A program made the translations under genes and the position numbers. 64,000 bases of DNA from the NCBI RefSeq assembly GCF_001194135.2, contig NC_069003.1, forward strand, positions 5,327,208 through 5,391,207, written 5' to 3'. Of this stretch, positions 1 to 11,886 are shown one piece after another. Under the pieces are notes generated by a model. That model did no database searches. It was not told the DNA's origin and was given only the letters and a program-made list of their open reading frames with translations. Source of the stretch: Octopus bimaculoides (Eukaryota). Each line of letters opens with the position of its first letter. The stretch's first letter is position 1.

Positions 1-35
<35 letters not shown>

Positions 36-127
36 GCAAAAGACTGAAAATGCTGCATCACAAATGGTATATATATACACACACACACAAACATTATATA
101 TATATGTGTGTGTGTGCATGTATGTAT

Positions 128-210
<83 letters not shown>
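1..210. repeat. Compound (TG)n/(TA)n/(CA)n/(GA)n microsatellite; one example of dozens in the window
   Basis: Directly visible dinucleotide runs; they explain the YIYI/ERER ORFs. Confidence 0.95.
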
Positions 211-212
<2 letters not shown>

Positions 213-387
213 GATAGGGGAATAAGGATAAACACGAGCTTATATTATAGTTCCTGTGTGCATTTCATCAGTAAGGTTGTTTGGAGTCCTACAATAGGTG
301 TTTTGAGTGCACTTAGATGCAGAACATTTTATGGCATTTGGTTACAGATAATCATCATCCTCATTTAACGTCTATTTTCCAACAATT

Positions 388-424
<37 letters not shown>

Positions 425-1232
425 CATATACAGATAAAGAGAGAGAAAGGGAGGATGTAGCCATCCAACTTGGTCTTGGAGAGCAATAACTGCGAACAAG
501 AACTCATTCCAAACTGGAATGACCCACCTAATTCATGCCAGCCTAGAAAACGGGTACAAAAAGGAAGCTGATGTAAAAAAGCATGCGTGCGTGCATCTAT
601 GTATGTGTGTATGTTCGTCAATGTTTACAAATGAAAATCAAGTCAGATTTATTGACTGAACCAACAAAAAGGAAACGACAAAAAATAAAATAAACAAAAC
701 TCCAACGTCATCCAGTTAGATAAATCCACAAGCTTTTTTTCGGCTGAAATACTACCTATCTAAATTTCATCTAATTTTATCCTAATTCCACCACATCTGA
801 TCAGCTTCATTGCAAAAACATATAATCCAGATTGGAAAGACTGGAATCATATTCCACCTATTTTGGGAAAGCCAGAAAGATAACGAAGAAGTTAGATTGG
901 TTTCCAGTTCTTTGCGTTTTTAGTTGGGGGTTTTTTTTTTTTTTTGCTGTTGTTTTTTTAAATTACTTAATCTGATTAAGATATTATATAGATGTGGATG
1001 CAGCCAGGGCTATCTGGTTGAGAAGTTCTCACAGCGAGTTTGAGACTAGGTTTCAAGTTTGAGCCATGATTTTAGGTTTGATTCGCTCAGTGCTTTGGGT
1101 GAATGTCTTAATAAGGCGTTGGTTTGGTTAATGTCTTGAGAAGGAAATTTGGTAAACAGAAACAATAACTGGCAGTTACTGCATGAGAGAGAGAGAAAGA
1201 AGAAGGGTGAGACAGACAGACAGACTGTGTGT

Positions 1233-1566
1233 TCGCATGTGGTTGTGTGGTAAGAAGCTTGCTTCCAAACCACATGGTTCCAGGTTCAGTCCCACTACAT
1301 GGCACCTTAGGCAAATGTCTTCCACTATAGCCTCGGGCCAACCAAAGTCTTGTGAGTTGATTTGGTAGACAGAAACTGAAAGAAGCCTGTCATGTGTGTG
1401 TGTCTGTTTGTCCCCATCCCACTACTTGACAATCAGTACTGTTGTCTTTACAGCCGCTGAAACTTAGGTGTCTGACAAAAAGAGACCAACAGAATAAGTA
1501 GTGGGGCCAATTCGTTTGACTAAATATTCTTCAAGGCACTGCCAAACCCAAGTAAAAGCTAAAAAG
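1233..1566 (+). mobile_element. SINE family A (tRNA-like head, CORE-like segment, internal microsatellite, conserved tail), diverged copy
   Basis: Head gtggtaagaagcttgcttccaaaccacatggttccaggttcagtccc and caccttaggcaaatgtctt match the other A copies in the window. Confidence 0.85.
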
Positions 1567-1603
<37 letters not shown>

Positions 1604-1642
1604 NNNNNNNNNNNNNNNNNNNNNNTATATAAAAATTACTAA

Positions 1643-1676
<34 letters not shown>

Positions 1677-2133
1677 GGCGTAGGAGTGGCTGTGTGGTAA
1701 GTAGCTTGCTTACCAACCACATGGTTCCAGGTTCAGTCCCACTGCGTGGAACCTTGGGCAAGTGTCTTCTACTATAGCCACGGGCTGACCAAAGCCTGGT
1801 GAGCGGATTTCATAGACGGAAACTGAAAGAGGCCCGTCCTATATATGTATATGTATAAGTATATATATATGTGTGTATATGTTTGTGTGTCTGTGTTTGT
1901 CCCCCCAACATCGCTTGACAACCGATGCTGGTGTGTTTACGTCCCTNNNNNNNNNNGCTTGACAACCGATGCTGGTGTGTTTACGTCCCTGTAACTTAGT
2001 GTTTCGGCAAAAGAGACCGATAGAATAAGTACTAGGCTTACAAAGTACAAGTCCTGGGATTGATTTACTCGACTAAAGGTGGTGCTCCAGCATGGCCGCC
2101 GTCAAATTACTGAAACAAGTAAAAGAGCAAAAG
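1677..2133 (+). mobile_element. SINE family A, near full length
   Basis: ggcgtaggagtggctgtgtggtaag (A-box-like), ggttcagtccc (B-box-like), central TA/TG run, tail ...ccagcatggccgccgtcaaattactgaaacaagtaaaag; more than 15 related copies in window. Confidence 0.9.
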
Positions 2134-2143
2134 ATATATATAC

Positions 2144-2182
<39 letters not shown>

Positions 2183-3189
2183 GATACACAAAATGATGTA
2201 TACATATACAAGCGTTTTGAACTTTTGTTCTTTTGGTTGTTTCAGCATGGCAAATGGGTGTGTGTGTGTGTTGTCAGTAGAGGACTGCATGTGATGTATG
2301 GTAGTGCAATATGGACAAGTAGCCATTTAGAGAGAGCTACATGTGATGTATGGCTAGTGTAACATGGTGCCATGAACAGAGAGGCTTTGCCTCCGACGGC
2401 CCTCCCCCCACCTCCCACTTGATAACCGGCGATGAGAAACCGACCGATGGAATAAATACCAAATCTTTAAAATGATGTATTGGCGAGAAGGGTGGGGGTG
2501 GTGGAATCGATTCGTCTGACTAAGCATTTCAAGGAAGGGGGGGGGGGGAACTTGCCTCCACCCACCCCCATACCTACCCTATCCCAGCATGGCTGTAGTC
2601 CAATGAGCGAAATAAGTGAAAGATGAGAGGTGAGAGAAGGATAAAAACAAACATCGTCAGATACCGTCTGACCCAGGACGAAAAAGAAAAGAATGAACAA
2701 AGAAAGGTAAAAAAAAATTAAATCGTCCTTGCTTCCATCTAAAATCAGTTTTAATTCAAAGAGTAATTCTCCTGTCTTGAGGAAACAACACAAAAGCATG
2801 AGTAAGAAGAAGAAGAAGAAAAAAAAAACACGGGTCTTACGTAAAAGAGAAAGAAGAAAATTTGAATAGAGCAGTTTAGTTTTACAATAAACAGGGCGAC
2901 TATTTGAGAAATGCGCTGTTAGTAAACAGTGTTTTTACATAGCTATCTGGGGTAAGGGTAGACGAGAGAGAGAGAGGGGAGGATGGAGATATACCCAGGG
3001 TAGATGTTCTCAGTCAGAACGGCTGCCGGTAGTCAGCAGTTCTGGTGATAAATTACGGTAGGAATATACTGTTACTAGCAAACATAATAGCATACAGTAA
3101 GTTATATTACATTGAACACACACACATGCATAGTGATGTATCACATTATATTGCGCGAAACCAGTGCTAGAAATAGAAGCTTAACTGAG

Positions 3190-3350
3190 CCGAGGGAATC
3201 ACTGCCGGCTAGAAATAGCAGTTAAACTCACTTAATTTCTGCTGTGTCATCTTGGGAATGTAATTCTTGATATTTGAAGAAAGCGGAATGCCTTTGATTG
3301 TAGTAATCATAGGCTTGCTTGAACCAGAACTGACCTGGCAGCCAAACGAC
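3190..3350 (+). mobile_element. SINE-like family F (core gctagaaatagcagccaaa, (AAC)n tail), diverged copy
   Basis: Same core or tail recurs at about 19370, 25730, 35500, 45950, 46720, 53630, 58930, 62480, 62820. Confidence 0.6.
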
Positions 3351-5027
3351 AGTCAATGTCATCACTATCATCGCTGTTATAGACATTATTAACGTTAGCT
3401 TCGTAACAAAAGCCCGTCTCCATCACCGACACTATCATCATCAGAATCATCATCCTCAACTCCATTATCATCCCCACCACCACCACCACCACCGTATTCC
3501 TCCATGACAAGTAAAGGGAATGGGGAAAGAAAAGAGAAAAGGGGTTTTATTAGAGCTATTTATCAATCGCTGTGGTATCAGTCAGTCTCCACGGTAACAA
3601 ATGTTATCAGTTTCTGGCTCTACCATAAAGACAAAAAATTTAACATCTTAATAGCAATTCCCCACCGCCATAATCATTAAAATAACTTTGNNNNNNNNNN
3701 NNNNNNNNNNNNNNNNNNNNNNNNNNNNNNNNNNNNNNNNNNNNNNNNNNNNNNNNNNNNNNNNNNNNNNNNNNNNNNNNNNNNNNNNNNNNNNNNNNNN
3801 NNNNNNNNNNNNNNNNNNNNNNNNNNNNNNNNNNNNNNNNNNNNNNNNNNNNNNNNNNNNNNNNNNNNNNNNNNNNNNNNNNNNNNNNNNNNNNNNNNNN
3901 NNNNNNNNNNNNNNNNNNNNNNNNNNNNNNNNNNNNNNNNNNNNNNNNNNNNNNNNNNNNNNNNNNNNNNNNNNNNNNNCACAGAAATGGTAAATGGTTT
4001 ACGGCACAAAATAAATCACTTTAAACTTGCTAAAGTAATATTCGAAGTGTTCATGGTGTCATTGTGAGGATTTGATAAAAGATCGGTAGGTGAAAACTTT
4101 TCAAATATAGATAAAGTGGAATTATACAAAAAAAAAAAAAAACATTATTTTGAAAGTTGCTGTTTGTTTTGTTTCATTTTGAATAATAAAATTTAATTTA
4201 TGGTTTATTATCATTTATATTTTGAATTACATTATTAATGGGGGGCACCAAAATCTTTTAAGTGCTTTGGGCCGCTATAGGTCTTAATCTAACCCTGTTG
4301 GGTCTAGTGGTCATGACCTTCATAATCCCTATGTCACTGGGACTAGTAGCTGTGGCCTTTACAGGCCTTCCTAAAGCACCGAGACTGAAGGAAGTAAAGC
4401 AGTGCACACGAGCAGCAGTAAAGACAATCATAACTGGCATGTTTCACCTGTAGATTACTCCCAGGTATTCAATTACTTACCTGTGTGATATAAATTTATG
4501 AAAGCCAAGTTGGCCACAACCACCTTAGTGCCTGCCTGGCTGTCTCTAGTGAGATTTGAACTAATGGTCTATTGGTTTACATATATAGCAGAATTTTATT
4601 TAACCATACTTCATTCAACATTGCTTAGCACTCCTCCAATTAAACACAGTAATTTGTTTTCATTTAATTTTCTAAGTTAAAAATAATTTTGTCAAAATAA
4701 TTACGTCATTATTAAGTTAATATCTGGAACATAAATTAACATAGAATTCTGATGGAAGGTTTTCACTTGAGGTCCATTTCAAAATAGGGAGCGTATATCA
4801 CAGAACCAGGTGTGGCTTCAGTCGGATTCATAACAAACGGGTTATTGTTGAAATTAGAGAAGAATGCATTATGAGAAGAGGAGGGAAAAGCCACCAAGTC
4901 CATCCCTCTGACAGATTTGCTAATTTTACAATTTGCAAAATTCCATCGTTAAATCTTTCCAGACTTACATTTTTCTAGCCATTAGACTGTTGCCTATGTA
5001 TTTTGATTAATTCACTATAACTGGACA

Positions 5028-5074
<47 letters not shown>

Positions 5075-5084
5075 NNNNNNNNNN

Positions 5085-5129
<45 letters not shown>

Positions 5130-5264
5130 GAGTAGCTCCACTACTTTTGCTACCTCTGCATGACCCCCTTGCATATTTTTAAGTTTGGTGCTGGCACCTT
5201 TTCTATTATTCTCTTCTGTTAAATCACTAAGTTACAAGGATGGAAACAAACCAACAATACAGTT

Positions 5265-5525
5265 CTATATTTAAGAGATGAGGAATTATTTACATTATTT
5301 ACATTCGACGGATATTTGTCCTCATCTTCTTTGTTGTTAACACAACATTTTGGCTGATATACCCTCCAGCCTTCATCAGGTGTCTTGGGAAAATTTCAAA
5401 CCCGGTTTCTCATTCGTAAGGTATTTTTCGATGTTACTATTATTATTATTATCATTCAGGTCACTGCCTGGAATTGAACTCAGAATCTTGGGGTTAGTAG
5501 CCCACACTCTTACCACTACGCCCAC
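5265..5525 (-). mobile_element. tRNA-headed Penelope-type element, left arm of inverted dimer; hammerhead core decayed
   Basis: Minus strand reads ggcgtagtggtaagagtgtgggctactaaccccaagattctgagttcaattccagg (A/B boxes), (AAT)n, then gacac-ctgatga-aggctg..cagcc-aaaa-tgtt-gtgtt; inverted match to 5526-5851. Confidence 0.8.
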
Positions 5526-5584
5526 GAGCATATGGCATAGTGGTTAAGAGCACGGGCTATTCTGAGTTCGATTGCAGACAATAT

Positions 5585-5693
5585 AACCCATGCTAGCATG
5601 GGTTGGACGAATTGACTGAGGACTGGTGAAACCGGATGGCAACACCAGGCTCCAAATCTAAATTTGGCAGAGTTTCTACAGCTGGATGCCCTT
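5585..5693 (-). mobile_element. Family C (V-domain-like) SINE fragment inside the right arm
   Basis: ccatgctagcatgggttggacg...tttctacagctggatgccctt; same motif at 53290-53395, 29020-29130, 60790-60880. Confidence 0.8.
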
Positions 5694-5762
5694 AATAATA
5701 ATAATAATAACAACATCAAAAAATACCTTAGGAATGAGAACCCAGGTTCGAAATTTCCCCAA

Positions 5763-5808
5763 GACACCTGATGAAGACTGGAGGGTATATCAGCCGAAAC
5801 GTTGTGTT
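5763..5808 (+). ncRNA. Minimal type I hammerhead ribozyme motif
   Basis: Stem I gacac(5763-67)/gtgtt(5804-08); CUGAUGA 5768-74; extra A 5775; stem II gactg/cagcc with one mismatch; GAAA 5796-99; palindromic stem III AACGUU; predicted GUU cleavage after 5803. Confidence 0.75.
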
Positions 5809-5954
5809 AACAACAAACAAGACAATGACAAATATCTGTCAAACCAACAAGCAGTGGAGAGACAAATACAAAGATACATACATTATATATAGGTGTGTGT
5901 GTGTGTGTGTGTGTGTGTATGAGTTTATAGATATGTATATACATGTGTGTGTAT

Positions 5955-6185
5955 ATCTGTGTGTGTACTTCCTTGTCTTGACATCTCATGATAATTGTCA
6001 ACAAGTGTTATTTGTTTCCAATCTTCCATGGAAACATGTCTGGCCACCAAGAAATATTGGCTTGCTTGGAAACAAGCGAGGATTAGCAACAAGAAGGGCA
6101 TCCAGCTGTAGAAAATTTGTCTCAACAAATTCCAATTCCGGCTGACCTGTGCAAGCATGGAAAAGGGGACGATGATGATGATGAC
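5955..6185 (+). mobile_element. Family C SINE 3' half ending in (GAT)n
   Basis: aagaagggcatccagctgtagaaaa (V-domain-like) then gcaagcatggaaaaggggacgatgatgatg. Confidence 0.8.
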
Positions 6186-6425
6186 AACAGCTACAATAAA
6201 GACGATGATGATGATAATGGCAATGGTGATGATGAGGATGATAAACAATAATGATAGCTATGATGATGATGAAGATGATTATGATGACAGTGATAATGAT
6301 GATCTTGACAACAATGACAACAACGAAAGCAACAACAATGATGATTGTGATGATGGTGATTATGACAGCGATGATGATGATTATGACAACAATGATGATT
6401 ATGCCGATGACGATGATACACCAAA
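6170..6425. repeat. Degenerate (GAT/AAC)n trinucleotide tract grown from the SINE tail
   Basis: Visible; source of the poly-D/N/M/H ORFs. Confidence 0.9.
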
Positions 6426-6884
6426 CATCTACAGACTGATGACAGATGAGAGACAAGCCCTGGTGATTTAGCTACCCACCAGGTGTAAAGTTGCCGACTG
6501 ACGAGAGGTGAGAGGTGGACAGACAGACAGACAGAGGAATCAGGCTCTTATTTCCCAGCCATATCACTTCATTAGTTCCAGGTTCTGTGGTGAGGAATGT
6601 GAAGCATCTTTCAATAACATTTCATTTCAAAAGCCATCACCATTTTGTTTGTTGCTTTTCTTTTTCCTTCCATATTTTATTTTTTTTTTTTTTGGTGAGG
6701 AGGGGTTGTTTTGTTTTGCTTTTGCTTTTTAGAGTTACTTTTTTTAGTTTTTTTTTTTTGTTTTCTCTTGCCACATCTCACATTCTTGATTGCTGCCCCC
6801 ACATCAACTTTATTACATCATCACCTTCATATCATCATCACCACCATCATCATCATCATCGTTGTCAGCCCCCTCATATCCTTT

Positions 6885-7128
6885 ATCGTTTACTTATTTC
6901 AGCCATTAGACCGTGGCCATGTTGGAGCACTGCCTAAAAGAATTTTAACCGAACAAATCGACCCCAGTACTAATTTTTAAAGCTTGGTTCTTATTATGAC
7001 AGTCTTTTTTGCCAAACTGCTAAGTCTCTTTGTGTCTGTATTTGTCCTCCACCACCACCGCTTGACAACTGGTGTTGGTGTATTTATGTCTCTGTAACTT
7101 AACAGTTCAGCAAAAGTGACTGATAGAA
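6885..7128. mobile_element. Two family A tail fragments in opposite orientation
   Basis: 6885-7027 matches A tail on minus; 7030-7128 matches A body on plus. Confidence 0.7.
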
Positions 7129-7240
7129 TGTTGCACTCACAGTTGCAAGATCATGGTTTCAGATCCTAGACTGACTGGTGCATTGCATTCTTGAGCAAAA
7201 CACTTCATCTCGCGTTGCTCTGCAATTACTTTGACACACC

Positions 7241-8490
7241 TGAATGGTGGAGAAAAGTAGTTGGTGGTCTATGCTCCACAGGGAGAGGATGGCTTATGTA
7301 AGTAATACATGACATGCTGCCTGCTACCTTCACTGCACTATGTCACTCTGCCAAATATCCTGACATCCACCATATCCGTTCCTCTAGAATTTTTTCTCAC
7401 TTTAAATTCTTTCATTCAGTTTTCAATTGCTATACCATGACACCACTTTCAAGGGTTTCGATCAATTAAATTAACCTGCATAGGCCTTCTTTCAGGGCAA
7501 CAAAATCCAAAAGGATAGCTGGAAGCAGGATACTGAAGCAGAGCTGAAAAAGCAAAGATCTAACTGGAGAGAAGCAGAAAAAAAACAGCCTGGTGTTGAG
7601 AACAGGAGAGAAATGTAGTAAATGCATTATACTCCATGGGGAGCAAATTGCTTCTGTAATACATTACATGTTGCCTTCTCCATTCCCTGCACCATGTGCC
7701 TCTGCCATACATCCTGGTTATTCACCACATTTGTTCTAGTTTATTTTTCTTGCTTTTATACTCGTTTATTCTCTTTTTATTTCCATGCTGCAGCCCCACC
7801 TTTAAGGGTTTCATCCAATTAAATTAACCCTGATAGGCCTTCCTTCAGTGCAGCAAAATCCAAAAGGACAGCTGGAAGTCAGATACCACAGCAGGACTGA
7901 AGAAGCAGGGATCCAACGGGAGAGATGCGGAAAAAGACAGCCCAGGTTTGAGAACAGTATGGAAAAGTCATTGAATGTCCTACACTACATGAAGAGCAAA
8001 AGGCTTCAGTAATACCCCACATGTTGCCCTCTACATTCACCACACCATATGACTCTACCATACATCCTGGTTATTCACCACATTTGTTCTTCTACTTTAT
8101 TTTTCTTGCTTTTATACTCTTGTATTCAGTTTTCAATTGCAATGCTATGCTACCATCTTCAAGAGTTTCATTCAATTAAATTAACCCTGATAGGCCTTCT
8201 TTTAATGCAGCAAAATCCAAAACCATAACTGAGGACAAGGCCCGAAATTTGGGGGGGGGGGGCAGTCGATTAGATCGATGCCAGTACGCAACTGGTACTT
8301 AATTTATCGACCCTGAAAGGCTGAAAGACAAAGTCAACCTCAGCGGAATATAACTAGGGACAGGGTACTGAGGCCGAAATGAGAAAGGATCCAAAAGGAG
8401 AGAAGCAGAAAAGACAGCCCAGAGTCAAGATCAGAGTAGAAAAGTGGTCGCTGAACTCACTCCATTACAAGTGAAGTGCTTTAGCAAGTA
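7241..8490 (+). repeat. Diverged ~355-bp tandem array (about 3.5 units) containing an RTE LINE 3' end
   Basis: caattaaattaacc at 7463, 7816, 8173 (periods 353 and 357); units translate PKDSWKQDTEAELKKQRSNWREAEK and EWWRKVVGGLCSTG, resembling the RTE ORF C-terminus. Confidence 0.75.
8230..8350 (-). mobile_element. SINE family B fragment inserted in the third array unit
   Basis: actggtacttaatttatcgaccctgaaaggctgaaagacaaagtcaacctc is the reverse complement of the B core. Confidence 0.85.
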
Positions 8491-8494
8491 AGTA

Positions 8495-8534
<40 letters not shown>

Positions 8535-8679
8535 ATATTGCTTTAGCAAGTAATATATATATAGCATCAATTAACTTGATACACAAAGCATCTTAACATA
8601 AGTATAAACTCAACTGACACACATAGCATTTAGGAATACAGCTTGGTGAACTGGTACACATGACATCTATAATCTAGGG

Positions 8680-9613
8680 CAGTGGTTCTCAACTGGGGGT
8701 CCAAATGACCCCTGGGGGTCCATGCAAGCAAAATAGTAAATTGGGTGCCCAATGTAGTATATTAAGGGACCATGGAAAAAGTTTTGCTTTAGATGTATTC
8801 ATTGCAGGAAATGGCTGAATTCCTTTTTCTTTCTCTAATGTTCGACCTACACAAGTAAACATGTGAAAAGTAAAATAAGCATTTTGAAAGAGGTAGCTAT
8901 AAAACTAATTTATGAACATGGAATGGCTATGGGGGTCCATTGGAATAAAATAGTAATCAAAGGGAGTCCATGCAAGCAATATAGTAAATTGGGAAGCCAC
9001 AATAATATTTTAAGGACCCCTGAAAAGATTTAGTTTTAGATGTATGTAATTGGTATGTATTGCAGGAAACAGCCAGGTTTTATTCTCTGATATTTTACAT
9101 AGTTTAACCTACACAAGATAATACATGAAAAGCAAAATGGGAATTTTGAAAGAAGTTTCTATAAAACTAATTTATGAACATGGAATGGCTCTGGGGGTCC
9201 ATCGGAATAAAATGGTATTCAAAGAGAGTTCATAGATAGAAAACGGTTGAGAACCACGTTTTACCATAGTTCAACCTACATAAGTGAATGTGTGAAAAGC
9301 AAAATAGGAATTTCGAAAGATGTTTCTATAAAACTAGTTTATGAACATGGAATGGCTCTGGGATAGGGTCCATCAATAAAACAGTAATCAAAGGGCACCA
9401 GAGATCACAAAAAAGAAAAAGTGGTTGAGAACCACGTTTAACAGAGTTCAACCTACACAATACATGAAAAGCAAAATAGGAAATTTGAAAGAAGTATTTA
9501 TAAAACTAGTTTATGAACATGGAATGGCTGTGGGGTGGGGTCCACTGGAATAAAACAGTAATAAAAGGGATCCCTAGATTTAAAAAAAAAAAAAAAGCAG
9601 TTGAGAACCACTG
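8680..9613. mobile_element. hAT (Charlie-like) non-autonomous element with internally amplified modules
   Basis: 16-bp TIRs cagtggttctcaactg (8680) and cagttgagaaccactg (9598-9613); flanks atctaggg/acctatga are a 5/8 degenerate TSD; four ~150-180 bp internal repeats. Confidence 0.85.
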
Positions 9614-9746
9614 ACCTATGAAGTATTATTTTGACTGTAAGAGATGTACAGCATCAATGACTAAGGAATATAGTGTGAATCTTTTTTTTTAAGTGTTACA
9701 TCAAAGAAGTATTTAAAAATGTCTGTGCCCCCATCTGTATTCTTAC

Positions 9747-9771
9747 CTCATAAACGCAGGCATTATTAATC
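9747..9771 (-). other. Candidate 25-nt micro-exon
   Basis: Minus: ttctgtctacttcag|gattaataatgcctgcgtttatgag|gtaaga; splice signals only. Confidence 0.25.
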
Positions 9772-9872
9772 CTGAAGTAGACAGAACATATCCAAGGTGA
9801 ACATTTTAGAATAACTTTTTAAAAGCGTGTTAAGACTCCTCACTGTTTGTCATAGATATATACATAAACACA

Positions 9873-9905
<33 letters not shown>

Positions 9906-10532
9906 ACATGCATATATAGATGCCTGTACGATGCGTGTGCCTGTATACTATAAACACTTGTGTCACAGAACTTATAAGTTCGCTGGCAGCTTGACAATAC
10001 TTTGGTTGTGTATGCGAGAGAGTGTGCACTTGGCTGTGTGCGTGTGTGCGTGTGTGAAGTTGGTTTTGAGTGTGTCAGTGTGTGCAGTTCTAGATGTGTG
10101 TATGCATGTGTGAGGGGGGAGAGAGAGAGAGAAAGAGAGAGTTTGCTAATAGTGGTAGTAGTATCCTAAGAATTAAGCAACAGAGGAAGTAGGATGAGTG
10201 AACAAGTGTGGAAGCAGGAGATGATGAGATGAGGAGCGGGAAGAGTATAATTAGAACATGTACGTGTGTGTGTGTGTGTGTGTGTGTGTTCGCGTGCGAT
10301 GGGATGGGGGTGGATCGAAAGGGAGTGGAGTGAGAATTTGAACAGAACAAAAATGCAAACCAAGACAAAAAAAACAGAAAAGCAAAGATACAAAATATGT
10401 AAAAGAAAAAATAAAATGAAAATAAAAAAAGATAAAAGTTAAAGAAAATGCAATTAAATTTAATTAAATATTTTCCATTCGTTGAATAATATAGTCTTTT
10501 TTTTATTTATTTACTTTTTTTGTTTCTTTCAT

Positions 10533-10900
10533 CTTGTACTTATTTCAGTCGTTAAACTGTGGCCATGCTGGGGCACTAGCTTGAAGAATTCTTAGACAAA
10601 TGAATCGACCCCAATACTTTTTTTTCATAAACTTGGTACTTATTCTATCGGCCTCCTTTGCCAAACTGCTAAGTTACAGAGAAGTAAACTCAAACACTAG
10701 TTGTCAAGGGTGGTGGAGGACAAACGCATATATATATATATATATATATATATACACGACAGGCTTCTTCCAGTTTCCGTCTACCATATCCACTGACAAG
10801 GCTTTGGTTGGAAACGAGGCTACAGCAGAAGACACTTGCCCAAGGTACAACATAGTGGGATTGAACCTAGAACTATGTCGTTGAGAAGCAAGCTTATTAC
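10533..10900 (-). mobile_element. SINE family A
   Basis: Tail, (TA)n centre and head present in reverse orientation. Confidence 0.88.
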
Positions 10901-11886
10901 TTGGTAAATATTCTATTTCCAAGAACAATCTGCTTAACATCCAAAGCGACCCCATTCTGCTTCCATGTGAGCCCACAGTGCCACCAAGTTAAGTGGCACT
11001 ACCCTGGTTTAAAATCCACTGACTCAGAACATGGTTATGTCATTTGCGTGTGCCATTCACTGCTTGGCATTTGTCAAGTAAGCCAACTGAAAAGACGGGA
11101 TGGTCACAATTGGAGAGGCTTTCACTCAGTGGTCTTCTTGCTTCCAGTGGTAAGTTCAGAGGAACACTTGATGCTACGTTCAGACAAAGGACATGTTTTC
11201 CACCTTTGTTTGTAGCCAATACGAGAATCTAGACATACAGAAACGGAGGGCACAGCGAGAAGACCACAACATCACCTGGCTGCATCTTACTATAGTGGGC
11301 GTTATGTCCATCTGTCTGTCTGTGTGTCTGTACCCTCTTCATGGTCAAATGGCTAGACCAATGATCACAATGTTTTTTCAGGATTATGTAGGAGGGAATC
11401 AGTAAGGTTTTTAGCGGCAAAAATGTGAAGAAGTATGATTATTTGGTAGATACTGAGGGTAATTGTTCAGTTTACAGGCATAAAAAAAGTAAATAAAAAT
11501 TAAGGGGGAGAGAACTAATAAAAGAAGCAAAGGGAAGTAAGTCAACTTCCTACTATAATGGCCATTATGTCCGTCTGTCTGTCTGTCTGTCTGTTCCCTT
11601 TTCACGGTCAAATGGCAGCACCAATAGCCATGATGTTTTTCAGGATTACAAAAGAGGTAATCAGGGAAAAATGTGAAAAAGTATGATTATTTAGTGGATA
11701 TCAAGTTTTGTATTAATAAACCGCCTTTGATGTTTTTTCTTTTATTAAAATTCCAGCGACAAGGATTAACTCTGGATTCCTCCCCCGTATAGTTTGTGAA
11801 TTTAGAGGGTTTAGATTTGTGATACTATCCCTTTATTTCCCATCATAGATGGGCAGATTCCTAAAGATTCTGTTCGCACGTTCCCA

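Larger units (their letters stand above)
5526..5851 (+). mobile_element. tRNA-headed Penelope-type element, right arm, interrupted by a family C fragment
   Basis: tggcatagtggttaagagcacgggct..gagttcgattgc head; 5700-5851 is the reverse complement of about 5300-5450. Confidence 0.8.

Noticed and set aside
1913-1990. 34-bp direct duplication within a SINE
   Set aside because: The copies flank a 10-N gap exactly; this is a contig-overlap artefact
4258-4453. Overlapping 60-63 aa ORFs and a cag|gtaagt donor at 4480 (minus)
   Set aside because: No recognisable homology, no good acceptor, and the left part resembles a MITE end
5998-6471. 100-150 aa ORFs rich in D/N/M/H/I
   Set aside because: Translations of a degenerate trinucleotide tract
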